Assembly: GCA_001770575.1 (NCBI GenBank)
Contig: MERK01000111.1
Coordinates: 1 to 53,806 of the forward strand
Length of the DNA: 53,806 nucleotides
Direction of reading: 5' to 3'
Origin: Betaproteobacteria bacterium RIFCSPLOWO2_12_FULL_64_23
Lineage (GTDB): Bacteria; Pseudomonadota; Gammaproteobacteria; Burkholderiales; SG8-39
The notes beneath the pieces are model-generated. The model did not search any database, was not told where the DNA came from, and was given only the letters and a program-made list of their open reading frames with translations. Position numbers and translations under genes: made by a program. The first letter of the stretch is position 1; every line of letters starts with the position of its first letter. Of the stretch, positions 52,680 to 53,806 are shown piece by piece.

Positions 52680-53301
52680 GCTGCGAGGATTATCGATCAC
52701 CTGGTTGACGTCGTTGATGTTGTTGCCGCTCACCGCCTGGGCCGGCGGCACTATCCTGATCTATGGCGACAGCCTGTCCGCAGCGTATGGCTTGAGCCGG
52801 GATGCGGGCTGGCCCACCCTGTTGCAGGCGCGTCTGAAGCAGGAAGCGATGGATTATAGCGTGACCAACGCCAGTATCAGCGGCGAAACCTCGAGCGGCG
52901 GCGCGGCACGCATTGCCGAGGCGCTGAAGACCCACAGGCCCAGTGTAATCATCGTCCAACTCGGCGCAAACGATGGCCTGCGCGGGTTGCCGCCGGAGCA
53001 GATGCGCGCCAACCTGGCGAAAATCGTTATCCAGAGCCAGCGGGCCAAGGCCCGGGTTCTGCTCGTCGGCGTGCGCATGCCGCCCAATTACGGCGAAACC
53101 TATACGCGGCAGTTCGCGCAGGTCTACGCCGATCTCGCGCGCGAGTACAAGACGGCGCTCGTTCCCTTCATGCTCCAAGGCACGGACCGGCGGCGCGAGT
53201 TGTTTCAATCGGACAATATGCATCCGACCGCGGCGGCGCAGCCGATACTGCTGGAGAACGTATGGAAGGCGCTGGCGCCCCTGTTGCAACGAACCGGCTG
53301 A
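52678..53301 (+). CDS. tesA: SGNH/GDSL arylesterase-thioesterase (TesA-like), secreted
   Basis: 207 aa from the ATG at 52678, with a signal peptide (MLRGLSITWLTSLMLLPLTAWA), the GDSLS block (IYGDSLSAAYG), the GANDG block and a DNMHP catalytic His block. Divergent from ybbA, as in the E. coli tesA-ybbA-ybbP arrangement. The start is uncertain. Confidence 0.8.
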   Translation: MLRGLSITWLTSLMLLPLTAWAGGTILIYGDSLSAAYGLSRDAGWPTLLQARLKQEAMDYSVTNASISGETSSGGAARIAEALKTHRPSVIIVQLGANDGLRGLPPEQMRANLAKIVIQSQRAKARVLLVGVRMPPNYGETYTRQFAQVYADLAREYKTALVPFMLQGTDRRRELFQSDNMHPTAAAQPILLENVWKALAPLLQRTG

Positions 53302-53368
53302 CAGGCCAAAACCGGATATCCAAGCGGGATTCGCGGCGGATCGTGCGATAATTTGCGCTCGCAGCTCG

Positions 53369-53617
53369 ATGAGGGCCTGGACCGTGATCAAATTCGGTTT
53401 CAAGATCAAGACCCGCGGCGGCACGGTAGTGGACAATCTGATGATCGCGGCGCGCGACCGCATCGACGCCGAGCGCAAAGTCACCCAGATTTACCACCAT
53501 TGCGAAATTCTCGACTGCCACGAAGTACAGCCGGTAATAGACGAAGCGCTCGATCTGGAACGGGCGATCAATCTGATCGGCAAAGAATCGGGTCCCGAGC
53601 CGCCGGCAAACGATTAG
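53369..53617 (+). CDS. Small hypothetical protein (82 aa)
   Basis: The C-terminal part of track ORF 52973..53617, taken from the ATG at 53369 (MRAWTVIKFGFKIKTRGGTVVDNLMIAARDRIDAERKV...). Coding-like composition, no family recognised. Confidence 0.45.
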   Translation: MRAWTVIKFGFKIKTRGGTVVDNLMIAARDRIDAERKVTQIYHHCEILDCHEVQPVIDEALDLERAINLIGKESGPEPPAND

Positions 53618-53806
53618 CTGACAAAGCCCGCCGCTTCCAGCTCTTCCAGCAGGGCGGCATAATCGCGCGCGCCGCGACTCTCCGGCGCATGAGTGAATAC
53701 GTCGCAATGGTGCGCCGGGCTCTCGGCCAGGCTTACGCTTTCGGAAATCCGCGTCTCGCACATTTCCGCACCGAAGCGCTGGCGCAACTTCCGCTCGATA
53801 TCCCAG
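53614..53806 (-). CDS. ParA/MinD-superfamily ATPase, C-terminal 63 codons only (gene runs off the right edge)
   Basis: Reverse-complement translation reads ...ETRISESVSLAESPAHHCDVFTHAPESRGARDYAALLEELEAAGFVS*, matching the ParA-type C-terminal pattern (I..SV.L.E.P....V....P.S.GA..Y..L..E). The stop at 53614..53616 overlaps the convergent small ORF stop. Confidence 0.45.
   Translation of the reverse strand, partial: WDIERKLRQRFGAEMCETRISESVSLAESPAHHCDVFTHAPESRGARDYAALLEELEAAGFVS

Overview
High-GC proteobacterial chromosomal window, probably beta/gamma-type judging from gene organisation; taxonomy cannot be confirmed without a database search. It is densely coding. No rRNA, tRNA, CRISPR array, transposase or integrase was seen. 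Left to right: clpB 5' end with a sigma32-type promoter; a complete colinear Pho cluster (pstSCAB-phoU-phoBR) with a Pho box; crcB plus DUF190. Then comes a large block centred on tungsten/molybdenum enzymes: mobB-moeA-moaD-moaE, tupABC with two tandem TupA paralogs, a divergent ModE-HTH/PBP regulator, chrB-domain/chrA/DUF1330, a 10-gene membrane formate dehydrogenase operon (Cys-type, not Sec), and moaA-fdhD-mobA-moeA2. Next are an ATPase-less MlaE/MlaD/lipoprotein trio and a radical SAM gene with non-canonical Cys spacing. The most notable content is an eight-gene minus-strand operon (35.5-46.2 kb). Its order and domain content match the tungsten-dependent class II benzoyl-CoA reductase BamBCDEFGHI: AOR-family W enzyme, ferredoxin, HdrD-like, double HdrA-like, MvhD-like, NuoE/F/G-like. 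It has no selenocysteine codons and no other aromatic-pathway genes nearby. The right end carries an HD/Zn-ribbon protein, rmuC, tesA-ybbA-ybbP and a partial ParA-like gene. Non-coding observations: a ~260-290 bp multi-hairpin repeat present twice, with compensatory stem changes; two REP-like perfect palindromes, one nested in a 174-bp inverted-repeat element between bamC and bamD; and an 18-nt inverted repeat placing near-identical first codons (M-R/K-YAETGF) on bamB and on an unlisted 50-codon ORF 1.35 kb away. Many long ORFs in the track are antisense or alternative-frame shadows typical of high-GC DNA and were not called.
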